DNA of 64,000 bases, taken from Epiperipatus broadwayi (Eukaryota; Animalia; Onychophora). Under the pieces are notes generated by a model. It searched no databases. It was given only the letters and a program-made list of their open reading frames with translations, and was not told the DNA's origin. This document shows, piece by piece, positions 39,341 to 53,802 of the stretch. The position numbers and the translations under genes were made by a program. Position 1 is the first letter of the stretch. Each line of letters starts with the position of its first letter. The stretch spans positions 13,144,001-13,208,000 of the forward strand of contig JAQFVV010000003.1 in assembly GCA_028023455.1 (NCBI GenBank), written 5' to 3'.

Positions 39341-40462
39341 AATTAATTGCGCCTAAAACAGATAGCTTTTATCTGTCAAGCTAATTCAAAACAGTTCTTA
39401 AAATTAACATTATAAGTATGCTAATAAAATGGGCTTAAACTACATAAAAATAATCTAGTTAAGATCCTGAATCTGCATATAAATATTCTTAATTAAGGAG
39501 GGAAAGTATATTCGATGGGATTTAATACAAACATTAGCAAATATACTTTATCATCTCTAAACAATATATATATCCCCTTCCAACTAATAAATATCAAAGG
39601 TTATAATATAAGATCGGTTAAGCAAATCTTAAAAAAATACGATTTTACAATATATATATAACTATGATAACAACGAGTGGTTAGCGCATTCATTTATTAC
39701 CAATATTATAATTTCGAAACAATGATTTAATAAAATAAACAAGGCTTTTAAAATGTCTAAGCGAAGATTACAATTATCTCCTTTATAGATTACCTACTTA
39801 GTTTCATTGTCTCGAAATCTGAGCATATTATCACATATTAAACATAACAAAATGCATTTAAACAAAATATTAAAATTACTGAAATTAGGCAGACCGTTAG
39901 TTTGTAAGAATTGAAGAGAATAAATTTCGGACATTTAATGAGTATAAAAAAAATATGAAATCTTTTAATTCATAAAAGATTTCAGCAGTTTATAAAATTA
40001 ACGTAAGTGATCTTTTTTTCTTTTACATTATAGATAAAGTTACACAGACTGATAGTTTCATTTTATAAGAGGGTAAAATTGAAAGAGTTTTTATAATTTA
40101 GATAGAACGTTCCTTTTAAAGTGTTTTAAGAATTTATAGATTAAAGTTCATACCGCAGCTTCTTTTTTAAAAATGATTACCATCTCTCTCTGCCTCCTTG
40201 AGTGGACTTGAAGCATATATCAATGATAGTGGTTGGAATAGGGCGTCTGACAGCGTCATAATCTTCAGTGGCCTTTCAGATAGGTTAAATTTCTTCATAT
40301 TCTCCATGCAGGTTGCTGGAAAGTCTATTCAAAGGAATGTTTAGAGGAATTGAGAGTCCATCTGGCTTCCGAGCCAGTAAATATATTATTCTACTCGATC
40401 ATTTTGGATTTTGGTCTCCACAACAATTTTCAGAAAAAAAAAGCTAAAGAGTGTCTTTCAAA

Positions 40463-40965
40463 AAAAATCTGCAATATTTATATTCCCTAGATCAAAAGCC
40501 AGCGACCATCTATTTTAAAACACAATTCAGACTTCTAAGTTTTAGCCTTAGGTCTCTTTTGATTCTTATCTTTTTTTTATCTTGTTGCCCAAACTTTTAC
40601 TGGTTTGATCTGGGAAAAGAAATTCATTACAATCATAATGAATGAGCTCTAGAACAATGTCAATAACCTAGGAACTATCTGATCCCACCTGCAATTTATT
40701 CTAAATAAAAATCTGCGATATCTATATTCCCTAGATCAAAAGCCAGTGACTATCTATTTTAAAACACAATTCAAACTTCTAAGTTTTACAGCAGTCTGTC
40801 TTTTTTTTTATTCTAATCTCTCTTTTTTTTATCTTGTTGCCAAATTTTTTACTGGTTTGATCTGGAAAAGAAATTCATTACAATCGTAGTGAATGAGCTC
40901 TAAAACAATGTCAATAACCTAGGGACTATCTGATCCCACCTGCGAATTATTCTAAATAAAAATCT
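40463..40965. repeat. Direct tandem duplication, two copies of ~245-255 bp
   Basis: aaaaatctgc..tattccctagatcaaaagccag...ctatctgatcccacctgc..ttattctaaataaaaatct repeated from 40463 and 40707. Confidence 0.95.
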
Positions 40966-41384
40966 TATTACCAATCTGTGAATTTCGCATGTGATTTATA
41001 ATTTACTTAAACCAAACTTGTTAAAGGATATTTAGCCACATTTTCTAAACAAAATAACCCTTATACAATATATTATTTATATAAATGCTGCAATATATCT
41101 ATACAAAATTTAATATCATTATCATTTACAGGTGCTTGCATGTGTGACAATAAACATATAATTGTTTGACTACATATAACTGTGATTACATATATAACTG
41201 TATAAATGAATATATCGCTGTGTGGATATATACCACTGTGTAAACATATATATATACAGCTGTGTAAAGGCATATAACACTGAGTGGATACATATACACT
41301 TGTACTAAAGAGTGTTCAAAACCCGCATAGATGTGTCTATGGAGACATAAAGGTGAAACAGATAGAAGGACAGTAATATCTGTT

Positions 41385-41603
<219 letters not shown>

Positions 41604-44600
41604 TTCTTATTATTAATACCATCATATTCAGATCAATTTCTAATGCATTCTGCCTATTCATAAAAGTTTTACCATAGTATTGCCATATAAATATTAATAA
41701 TATGGCATTGAACAAAATAAATAGAACAAAGCCAAGCAACAAAGAAGAATGTTAACAAAGATAAAAAAGATGCAAACTCTTCTTATGAAGAATTGTTAGA
41801 GAAGACAAAATAAAATCATAGAATTCAATTCAAGAGTACAAGTATATTCAATAGAAAAAAGTTGGAGAATTATTTGTTATTGTGTTGGGGAATCTAACAT
41901 AGTTTCATCTCCATAGTGATACTTTTAATCCTAGTTATTTGAAGATAACTATTCAGCTAATGATGTTGCAGACAAATGAAGTAAACAAACACAAGTGTTT
42001 TATGATTTTATTACAGGGCTCTGTTTTTTGATATCTTTGGTGCAGACTAAAATCAAGTTTATTATTTAGTGCATTTACGTCATTGTTAAGTGATAATATA
42101 ATTCTGACAGATAAATCAGCATTTGATGGAAATGGAGTTTAGAAAAACATTTATCTAACATGATAATATTAATTTAAATACAGAATTACAGTAACTTTAA
42201 TTTTAATAGAGAATTAGAAAAGACAAATAAATGTATATATTATATTTATGTATTTTAATGTCACTTCCATCATTATTTTTTCAAAAGATAAAAACAAAAA
42301 CTGAAAGATTAAACAATTTTCAATGTCAGTAATAAAGAGTGTAGAATATTTATCTAACACAATAACATTAATTTACATAAAAAAAGTGTTGAAAGATTCA
42401 AATATCCTATTAGAGTAATAAAGACTGTAGAAGAATGTTCATGTAATATAATGACATTAATTTAAATACAGAATTACATTTCTTTAAAAAAAGAAAAGTA
42501 TAACTTTTATAAGTTATATTTACATATTTTAACTATAAAATTACTTACAAAATAAGAATTTAAAACTTGATTTAATATATTATAGAAAATCATCACTTCC
42601 ATAACTTATGATTATATATCTTACTTTTTCCCCTTTGTTAATCACTATCCCAAATATTTGATATTTTGATTCATAAATTTTTTCATTTTAAGCCCTGACT
42701 CATAGTTCATTTAAGTAATTTGTTCTTTCAATCTATTGAGAAATTGGCATAGATTACTTGAGTAAATTTTTTATATTTGTTTGAATAAAAAAATAAATCA
42801 TAGAATTATTTAAATTTGAAAGCATGAAATATCTAAAAAAAAAAATTGTTTTATAATATTAGTAATATATTCTTAATACTTTTTGAAATATATATATTCC
42901 TAAGCCAAAGGGATCTATGTGGATTGTCTTGGTTTATTTTATGATAGCTGCTATTAACAATGAGTTAAGGATTATGTCAAAGATTAAACAAGCTTTAATT
43001 TAGCAATTAGATCATTTATAAAATCATGAAGAAACTGAAAAAATGTAAATACCCATGTAGATAAGTAATATATAATAGAGGACATGAGTTGTAAAAATGA
43101 TTATTGGATGCTATTTTCAGTGACATGTAGCATCTATTGATTCTACTCAATTCGTATATTTATGGGTCATATTGCTTTCTTGGGGAAATTAGATGATATA
43201 TATATATTGCATAAATGCATATAGAGCTGGCTTAAAAAAAAGTGGATCCTAAAATAATTATTTCATGTGGGGCCTCTTTTACATGTGATAAAAAGACATA
43301 TTAAAAGCCATAAATTTAATTGCTGATATATATTCCTTTATGACTACTATATATCAAGCCAAGAATGATACTCTTTGTTAACTTTATTTATTTATTTTGA
43401 ATAGGAATTTGCAGGGGGAAAAATGCAAGAAAATAAAATATATTTTTTTACAACATATGTATTTTATTTTGTTTAATTCAAAAATTGATTCAATAAAATT
43501 GCATGAAAAAATTGCAGTTATATTTAGCAAGATGGTAAAATGTTTTAATTTATTTTTTGATTTTCACAAAAAACATAGATCGTGCAGAAACAAGCCTTGT
43601 GCCATCGAACCATTTGCAGCCCCCTCCCCCTTTGGGTTGGCTGTTAATATGTACATATATAATTTTCTTAACTAGTAATTTTTTTTCCCCTTTTCTATTA
43701 TTTAAAGTTCATTAAGCTTAATTACCATTACTTTTATAATATTTTTGTATATTTTTAGTTGCTTTAATTAGTGTTATTAATTTCTATGCATTATTTTCTT
43801 GTAATTAGTTAGTAAACTTGTTTTTTCCATTATTAATATAATTTTTAATATTTTTATTGGTCTAATTCACAAATATTATGTAATAATAATATTCATTGCA
43901 ATCTAATCATGTATATTGGCCAGATTTAGCATATAGTATATTTATTAATTTAAATTTTCTATACTAGATAGATTATTTGTAACCTAATTATTTGATTCAG
44001 TATGTTTATTTTTTTAATGCGTTATGTGATTTATCATAGTGATAGACTGGCAAACTCAAAAGCTAAAGATTTTTCAATTGATTTTCAGTTGAATAAAATA
44101 AAATAAAATCTCAGTTTAGACATTTGAATAAAACTTTTGTCCACAACTTGTCATTTCATACATAACTGCCATATATCCATCCAAACAACTATTCATATCA
44201 TTATCGTTATTTTTTAAAATATATTTAAGTAATTTTTAAATGATCTCTTTTAAAATAAAAATAATCAAATGATTTGTTATATTTAAAGAATCATATTGAG
44301 GTTGAACAATAAAAATGCTAGATTTGAGTCACAATTCATGAATCTTGACATCTAGAATGTACCATTTGCCTATAGTATTAAAACACACAGAGCTACATTT
44401 ATATTTTGAAACAGTTGCTATTTTTTATTATCAAATGTTATAGAGATTTGTTGTACAGATTTTTCTGTTATTATATAGGTTCATTATTTAAGTTATTACA
44501 TTTGTTTAACACACTTATATATATATACAACATTGCATAGCTATGTTTTATAATATTATGAATAAGTGTATTTAAGTAACATCTATTAGCTCATTATTTA

Positions 44601-45554
44601 GCTAAAATATAATGTTATATAATAGCGAAATTCTGAATTATAATATGATAATGCAAGGCTCGCAGGATTAATTACAAAGGAATTCCTTCATCAGCTATAC
44701 CAAACTCAATATCATATTTAAATCAGATTAAGTTTAATTCTTATTTAGATTAAGCATATTTTATTTGGTTTATTTTAAATTGCAAAAATTGAAACATACT
44801 CCTTAATTAAAGATGATAAAGGGATTCTTCTAAAAGCAATTTTCCTGTAAATCTTGTATTGTCATACTTTACTAATCAGCATTTAGTTATTATATAACAT
44901 TTTATATTTTAATTAGACAATGGACAAGTAAAGGATAGTCAATTGCATTTAATTGTAATATGTTTAACAATTACTAAGTAGTTTTAGATTGTGGCAAAAG
45001 ATTTTAAAATGCAATATATGTGTGTATATATATAATTTAATACATAAGTAAATTATAGCTAATTTACTTATTTTTAGTAAAGGTGTTCAGTTTTAAGTAA
45101 TAAATTTTATAATTTTATGACTTGCAAGCTTTAATATACATACATATATTTGGGTATATATAAATATGTTGTAGAAGATTTCATGATGTAGTTGTGAGGC
45201 ATTTATCTGCCACAGCCTTAATCTAATTCCAATCTTAGGAAAACTTTAGAATCTTTTTAAGTTGTAATCAAGATTAGGATTTTTCTTTCAGATAGCTGAT
45301 CCTTAGTCAATCTAATCACCCAGTATTAACTGATAGATGGCATATAAGAAAAACAATTTAAGTTTATAAGAAGGTTTAAGGAGCAATTTCTTCTCTTTGA
45401 TTGTTGTTCAATGACAACCCTCTTAGAGGAACCTTTGTTCTGAAGGAAATTATTTTAGACTGTTTACCTTCCTTTTTTAAACTTACTTGTATGTTGTAAC
45501 TGATAGAGACTACACACTTCAATGCCACAAAAGATCAAGCCTAGGTATACAAAG

Positions 45555-45604
45555 ACTTCCACGGATTAACCATAAATTACAATTTATGGTTAATCCGTGG
45601 AAGT
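45555..45604. repeat. Perfect 24-bp-arm palindrome with 2-nt centre
   Basis: acttccacggattaaccataaatt-ac-aatttatggttaatccgtggaagt. Confidence 0.95.
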
Positions 45605-47289
45605 GTTATCATAAATCTAGATCAGTGAACTGATCCTGCTGAAATTCTTAACTCTAATTCTTCTTAGATTCCAAATTTATATCAATTTATAGTTCTGGGT
45701 TCAAATTCAATCAAGATACTCCATATTCATGATTGTGTTCTTCAACATTGCATTATACTGCCATTCAATAATAGCCATTTACAAACACTATTTTTATATG
45801 TAATTATTTATTTCATCATCATCATCATCAAATAGCAATATTATCATCACCTATACATGAACACACACCCATATATTTGAATGCCTATACATACATGGTT
45901 AGTGTGATGTAATGACAAGAAGGATAAAAATCTATTGAATTTTAAACTTAATAAAGATTTAATCAAATTAAGAAATGGAGATTTAATAAACAAGATCAAA
46001 CAAACACTCTATCCTTTGGACATAAATATAAAATCATATTATATATTATCGATTAGAGATTTATTTACCTAGGAAATATTTTAAATTTATAATATATAAA
46101 GTAATACAAATTTTATGTACAAAAATTTTCATTTAAATTTTTCTCAAACATCAGACATATGATAGTGTAGTCTTGTGCATTTTCAAACTTATACCAATAA
46201 CCATCTTAATTTCTTTCTTGTGCCTTTTTTTTTTTTTTTTGGCATATTTTTCTTTCTTATACATTTTTATTTCTTGTATATCTTTTTTTCTTCTTTAGAA
46301 AACTTTGAAGATTAACAAGTTAAATTAGCAGTTGTGGAAGTTTAGGTTAGTTTCTGATTTTGTCCCTTTATCACTGCATCTTGGTACTAGCTATGTTAAG
46401 CCATAAGTTTTGAGATTTTTTTTTTAAGATACAGTTATAAAATTTCTGGTAGTTATATTTTTCTCTCCCCCTTTGCTTCAATATTCTTTAATTCCATATT
46501 TGCAAGCCTGTGCAGATGTGGATTTAGTTAGGCATTACTATTAACTTTTACTGCTGTCTTTGGCTGTGCTGAAAACCCTCTCTATATTTATTTTTCCCAT
46601 GATAATTTATAACACAAACCAAAAGCAATCCACCTTTTAAATCTCTTGGTTTTTTTTAGATTACATCAAGTTCAGATAATAATTTACAATTTTTTTCTTC
46701 TTTTAATCAAAATATAAAACATTTTTAATTTTCATTACAAATTTCAAATTTATTTTTTATCCTAAAAATATACTGTAATTATTTTCATACTTTTCAAAAA
46801 ACATAATTCTTGGCATTCTTTTATGATTACTATATAAAATAATAATAATTTCATTGTAGACAAAATATTTTTATTTAGATATATTATAACAATACAATAT
46901 TATTACATTGAAGCAAATATTCTACTATTTCTTCCTCTCTCTTTTTTAAATAGAACAATTTTGTACATTGGGATAGACTTTTTTATACAATTATTGATAT
47001 TGACATTTGATACTTACATTCAGTTTTACATTTAGTACCATCAGGAGATTACTAATAAATAAATTTAAGATTCTATCTACTTTATGGACATTAATAGATA
47101 GATACATTTTTTAATAAAATAGAACAGAAAATAAAATCTGAAAATGAAACATTTTTGCATTTTACATTAAATACTTTTTTATACAAATTAAACTAAAAAG
47201 AAACTTTGTGGGCTTCACAATATATATATTCTTTAACTTTTTACAATAATAAACCATGTAGCTGCTGCTGGTATATCCTGAAAACACCC

Positions 47290-48210
47290 ACCTGGGTCAA
47301 CATGGGATACCGAGGTTCGTTCTTATCTACTTGTGTAGGTTCACAGCGCTCGTGGTACTAGGAGTGATCAATGTGTTGGCATGGGAATTCCAGACCATCC
47401 CTGACCTTTACTCAATTGCTCTGGTACCATTCCTAAAAAAAAAAACCAAATCCTTCTGGTCTTACAAATTTGCAGCCAATATCAATGATGCCTCTCCTGA
47501 TAAAAATGGTAGAATCAGTAATTAAAGATAGGATACAGTAGCAGTTGCTAATAAAGACCTCTAGGTACCAATTTGCCTGTAAGGACCACTCTACAAGAGA
47601 TGCAGTCAAGAAGTTCAGATACTGGCAGAATATGTCAGAGAGAAGAGGAAATTTCAACTCATTGTCCAGTTGGATTTTGCGATGGCCTTTGACTTTGTGG
47701 TGCCTGGACATCTATTTACTGTGCTCAGGTGCTATGGGGCCCCTTGACATATGTCAAGATCATTGCCAACCTGCTTCTCAATAGAACAATTCATGTAACT
47801 CTGGATGGCTCTCTTGCCCCAGGGTTTCAGCCATACATATCCATACCCCAGGGGTCACCGCTTAGCACCCTGTGTTTCATTGTATACATTGACCCCCTCT
47901 TAAAGGATATAGAGGACAGGTTCTCAGGCATATATGTTCCGGCACTTGAGGTTGACAAAGTTGCGGGGATTAGTGGGTTCCTAAATTTGCAGATTCATGT
48001 CTGCAATGGATGAAAACACCCCTGCAATGCAAAGAGTGATGTGATACATCTGACAAACCTTGGTTTTAATTATCTAATAGCCAGGGCGCCATAAATAATT
48101 GGGGATTCCATGGAATATAGTCAACTACATAGGGATAGACTGGCGCAGACAAAACCACAGGACTGAATATGACCAGGTCCCTTGTGTGGGCAAAGCATGC
48201 AGCGGGACAC
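47290..48210 (+). mobile_element. LINE reverse transcriptase fragment
   Basis: ALVPFLKK, ...RTIHVTLDG...SIPQGSPLSTLCFIVYIDPLL (ORF 47729-48013) is the RT QG-SP-L motif. Frameshifted. Confidence 0.8.
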
Positions 48211-48644
48211 CTATGAATCCTTGATTTCAAGCAATTTATGTACCATAATTCATGTAGTTTTCAAAATAAATTTATTTCTTAATTTAAAAAAAAGATTTTA
48301 CAGTTTAGTTGAAGCTTTTAAATTACAGTTAGCAGAATTTCTTTCTAGTCTTCGATCATGTTCAGTCAATTTATCTTGCAAGTAATGAAAAAAAAAATCC
48401 TTTTTAAATTTATTTGTTGTTACAAGCGAATTCATTACTATTTTATTTTGAATTGTTTTACTAATTTTATTGTAATTTGCATTGAATAAGAAAAGCCAAT
48501 TTACTTTATGAAAAATAACAAAAATTTATAACTGACAATGCCCTTGGTACTGTTTTCATAAAATTCAACACTTATAATGGATCATAGTAGTTTTTTTTTT
48601 AATTTTTTCAAAACCAAATAAGAAATTTACATAAATAAAATAGG

Positions 48645-49990
48645 GATTGACTTAATTAATTTCTGGATTCCCCCATGTTTTTATTTCAAGTTAAATCTAA
48701 AAACCTCAACTATGGTTGAAAAAACAATTTTTTTTAGTGCATAATAAATAAAAGCATTTAATATATATAAAAATGATCTCTATTATTTTTAATTTTTTAA
48801 TATTATCTCAGTAAACAAAATGTAAAACTATATCATACTTTAAATTGACTTGACACATTTATAGTTGATATATATATATATATATATTACTAGATATTTC
48901 TTCTATAAGTTAAAATGTATACCCCTTATGTATATATTCTATTTCGTATGCATACATAATATATATATGATTAAAAATATGAAATATTCCTTTAATTGAA
49001 AAGTGTTTGACATGTTTGCCTTTTGATTTGTAATTTTTAAAAAAAAACCATATTATAAATAAACTTCATTTAATAAGTATAATTTTACTTTAAATTAATT
49101 TCACTTATAGTGTGTATACATCACTAGATATTTCTATAGTTAGTTAATGTATATACTCTTTATGTAAATATCATATTTAATATGTGTACATAATTATATA
49201 TCATTAACACCTGTCATAACTTAGACAATTCCAATATAAATATCAATCAACAATCTCAAACTGCTGTCAAGGCAACCATAATAATATATAATTATATATA
49301 TAATAAATCAGTAACTAACTTTTCTGTTTAAAATTGGTTGACATTTTTTCTTTTTATTTAAAAAAAATTTTGCTTAACAAAATTATATATTATAAACAAA
49401 CTTTTTTATGACTTGAATGAAGTTTACAATTGCAATCAAGAAAATCATGAGCAATTACTTAAAACATTGAAGTTATAAAAACAGTTTTTAAAGTTGATAT
49501 CAAAATATTAATCCTCTCCTGCACTTTTCTATATCTAAAAAACTAAGTCACCTATTTAAAATACTAATGTGTTCTATCACTTTCAAAGAGATTTTTTTTA
49601 AATGTACAAAATTTCAACAAATTATATTGAACTTAACTCTATTAAATCTCAAATTAAAATTTTATTAAGTTGAAGGCATGCCCTCTTGTGAGTTTACTTA
49701 AAACAAATAAAAGTTCTAAAAAAAATTTTTAAATTTGATATCAAAATATTCAATATTATCCCACCCTTTGTTTCATATCTAAGAAACTTGGTGACCTAAT
49801 GAAAAGATTAGTATCACATATGTATTAGCTTAGTATTAATTATTTCTATACTAAATTTCAAGCCATTTTATTGAATGTAAATCTATGAAACTTCAATTTT
49901 AAAATTTCATTCTAATTTTAAAAAGTTTTAAAAGTTTACAAACAAACATACCAACTAACAAACAGATTTTACAACTTCAATAAAAGCATT
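48645..49990. repeat. Dispersed ~1.3 kb AT-rich repeat, second copy (see 12775-15110)
   Basis: Colinear similarity to 12775-13015 plus 14295-15110. Confidence 0.8.
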
Positions 49991-50863
49991 TAAAAATTTG
50001 AAACAAATATGTCAATTACAAATTATAAAAGGTTTGAAATAATACATTTAATTTATATATTAATTTGCAAGTCGGTATTAGGTACTATTATAAGAAATCA
50101 CATTTCAAAATATAAAAACTTATCAATGAATTTCTCCAGTATGCTTTTGTTAACTGCATGCAGTGACTAAAAATTTAATATCAGTGTAAATACCTACTAT
50201 ATCAATACCCAATGGTTGGTGTGTTAGCAGCACTTCATATTTTGGATATGCTTTGTATTTGAGAAACTCACTTTTCTCAACAAATTACATATCTTTGCAT
50301 ACTTTATAAATCTTGCTTATAGATATTTAGAAAAACTAAATGTCTTTCCTATTTTATTATGTTAAATATATATAGCTGTATATACAGGTATAGTATATGG
50401 CTATATAATATAAATATTCAAAATACTTAATGCAATTATGTCAATAATACATTTTCAAATGCATAAAGTCAACCATTTTCAATTTACTCTAAAAAAGGGC
50501 AAATTTATAAGGTGAAGCTTAATGTTCATACCCTGTTGATTCAATAAATTAAACTCTGAATAAATATTGCTTTTTATATTTTGTGTTTCTCATCATTATG
50601 TTTTTCTTTTAGACTTTTCAATATTATTAAAGGAAAATGTAAAATAATCATGTTTTAGTTCATATTCAAGGAACACAAATTTGACCTATTATATAATAAT
50701 GATATATCTAATATAAACAAAGTAATTAATAATATATAGAATATCATTGTAAAAAGCAAAAAAACAAAAACATTTTATGATTACCTTTTCTTATGTTTAT
50801 ATAAGCTGTTAAAACAGTAGCAAATTTTTCCACACAATAGTATCACCTAGGGTAAGCTCTAAT

Positions 50864-51041
50864 AATCAATTGATGCTAAAAGATTGTGCATTATAATATT
50901 CAGTGTCTATGTATCCAATATTCCCAGATCCAAAGCTCCTCACTAATGGAAACTATAAGCTAGAAACTAGTCTGGGAATGTTGGATAAATAGGCACTGAA
51001 TGGGAATTATAATGCAAAATCTTCTAGCATCTATTGAGATA
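50864..51041. repeat. Fold-back repeat (~65 bp arms) with a decayed hammerhead core (50938-50977, +) in the loop
   Basis: Arms tcaattgatgctaaaagatt...ttcccaga / tctgggaatg...agcatctattga. Loop cctca-CTaATGg-aaactataagcta-GAAA-ctag-TC-tggga. Confidence 0.7.
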
Positions 51042-52774
51042 GAGTCATATAATATGATAAGAAGCACAAAATAAAAGAAGCAGAATTTATTCAAAGAGTT
51101 TAATTTATTGAATCATGGAAGGCTTTGTTAAAATCAGTATTGGGATATCATGCAACTTTTGGTTTTTCATAGGATCAGTTAAAAATGATTATGCTTCACA
51201 GTCGAAAATGAATTACTGAACCAAATTTATATGAATAAAATTTATATAAATAATTCTGTTACTATATATATGCATCTGTTTTTAATATACATATAACTTT
51301 ATTTACTCTATTATTCTATTTTTAATTAGTGTTGATAAAATGTAAATTATTGTTATTGCTTAAAATTTAAGGTTGATAAGGTTTTACAGATAAAGGTAAG
51401 TGAATACATGTACTTGATGTAAAGTACAAAATAAATATGTAAGAGATAGACGGATTTCTTTAAAAAAATATTGGATTATTATTGAAAAAATAGAATTGAA
51501 AATAAAGTTGATGTTGTTAGGGAAAACATATAGTAAAACTACTCCACAAAGGCTTGATATATTAATTTAATTATTGCCTCTTTAAAATCTTCATTATATA
51601 ACGCAAAATTCTTAGGCTTTCCTCAAATCTCTCCACCCCTTCCAAACTCCTTCATTTTATCACATAGAATATTGCAATATATGTAATTTCTAAGGATCAT
51701 TTTTTCTAATTGATTGATAGTATTTAAAAATACTGAAAGCATTAAAAAAAAACAACAACTTTGTTAGCTATTAAGGGATATATATTTAATGCTGTGATGA
51801 TAAAATATAAAGCATGATAAAAATTTGCAAAAAGTAATTGAAATATATATTTAAACATTGTGTAATGGTTTATTATAAAACAAAGAATAAGTGGTAAAGT
51901 TATAGATTAAAAGTTGGAGCTAAAAAGAGACAGTGGAAGAAATGAAAAGTTAATGCTTTTGTATAACAATGGACACGACTAAAAAACCTTAAGAAATATT
52001 TATATGGAAAAACTTAGGTGGTAATACTATTTTTAATTCAAAACAGAAAAGAATAAAATGTAATTTTTTATGCCACTTATTTATTGTAAGCTTGAGTAAT
52101 CAGTAGTTGCTAGATGACATAATTGGAGTGAGAAAAGAAAATTACTTCTGAAGAGCTGAGGTCATGTTATGTTTTATTAGTTTCAAAGTATTAGATGGAT
52201 TTGTACACATCCAGGAATTGTAGATGAAAATTGAAATTATTTTTTAAAAAAAAATGAAACAAGTAAAAAATGGTCATGTGATAATTTAAAGGGGTATTAA
52301 TGATGAATGAAATGATACAGAAAAGCTAGGTAAATATGAATTCAGTAGAAGATAGAAATGCTTTTAGAGTACTAGATAATAGTGTTATTATATTCATATT
52401 TCGAAATTAGATTTTTGCTTATAGCCTTATATGAAGAGCTTTGAACAACCTCTTATAAATTTTTTTAAAATTCTATAACCAAGTGGCCGAATTTATAATA
52501 GATGACTCTGAAATAGAATAAATAAAATGGTACACTATTTCTGAAATCTTATGTTAAATGTAGACAAAGAGAGATAAGTGATGTTCTTGCCCATTAGAAG
52601 AGTTAGGAGAAAATAGATAAAAGAGAGAAGAGAAGAATAGAAATGGATAGAGGGGGAAAGGAAAAAATACAAGAATTTATAAAGAATTGGTAAGCTTAAT
52701 TTCATGTATAAAAGAATAAGATAACTAATGGTAAAAAAAGGTTTACAGAAATGAGGTAGTAATTTAAATTATAA

Positions 52775-53802
52775 ATGATTATCTAGTTAATGAATATTTC
52801 TGTAGTGTAATTGTCACTTTCCCACTCTCATGCTAGATAGGAACTGGTTTTTATTTATTTTTTAATAATCTTGTGGAGGGGTATAATCACAAACATATGA
52901 CCAAGGACATGGAAAAAAGATATATGTCCCCAAGATGCACCTTTCATGCTGAAACCCCCATCAAATGGCCCAGATCACAATCTCTTACACATATTTTTTT
53001 TAATATTGTTCAATATGTAAATTGTAGTAATTAATTATCTATATAGTTTGTGTAAGAGATTGTGATCTGGGCCAACTGGTGAGTGCTGGTTCAGCATGAA
53101 ATGTGCACCTTGGGGATCATACATTTTTTTCATGTCTTTGACCATATGTTTATGATTACACCCCTCCATAAAATGTTAAAAGAGGATAGAAACAAGACCC
53201 TATCTTGCATGAAGTTGGTGTAGTAAAAATTACATTATAGAAATATTATTCATTAACTAGACAATTTCTAGTCTAATGAATGACTAACAATAATTATTAC
53301 TTCCATTAGGTGATGATAAAGATATGTATAAAAGAGTATGATCTGGGCCAACTGAATAGTACTAGTTCAGCATGAAATGTGCACTTTGAAGAATCATAGA
53401 TCTTTTTTACATGATGGAAAGCAGTTTTTATTTTATGTGAGAGTGGTGTAGTGAAAATTACACTACAGAAATATTATTCATTAACTGGATAACCTCTAGT
53501 CTAAAGAATGCTTCCATTAAGCAGTGTCAAAGTTGTGACCACAATATGTTTGACACATATTAATTAAACTTTAGCAATTGACTATTTATATATACTGAAC
53601 AATGATAAAGACATGTGTAAGAGATTGTGGTCTGGGTCACCTGATGCACTTGATTCAGCACAAAAGGTACATTTTGGGAGTCATAATCTTTTTCACATCT
53701 TTGGTCATATGTTTATAATTACAGCTCTCTGCAAGGTGTTAAAAGTGGATAGAAACTAGTCCCTACCTTGCGTGAGATTGGTGTAGTGAAAATTACATTA
53801 CA
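52775..53802 (+). mobile_element. Retrozyme-like array: one inverted plus three direct ~280-bp units, each with a hammerhead core (family C)
   Basis: Cores at 52928-52971 (-), 53072-53113, 53348-53389 and 53637-53677 (+). Best copy CCAA-CTGgTGA-GTGCTG gtt CAGCAt-GAAA-tgtgca-cc-TTGG. Confidence 0.8.

Noticed and set aside
52775-53802. CRISPR-like or satellite interpretation of the array
   Set aside because: Units are ~280 bp and homologous along their length with no unique spacers, and the context is eukaryotic.
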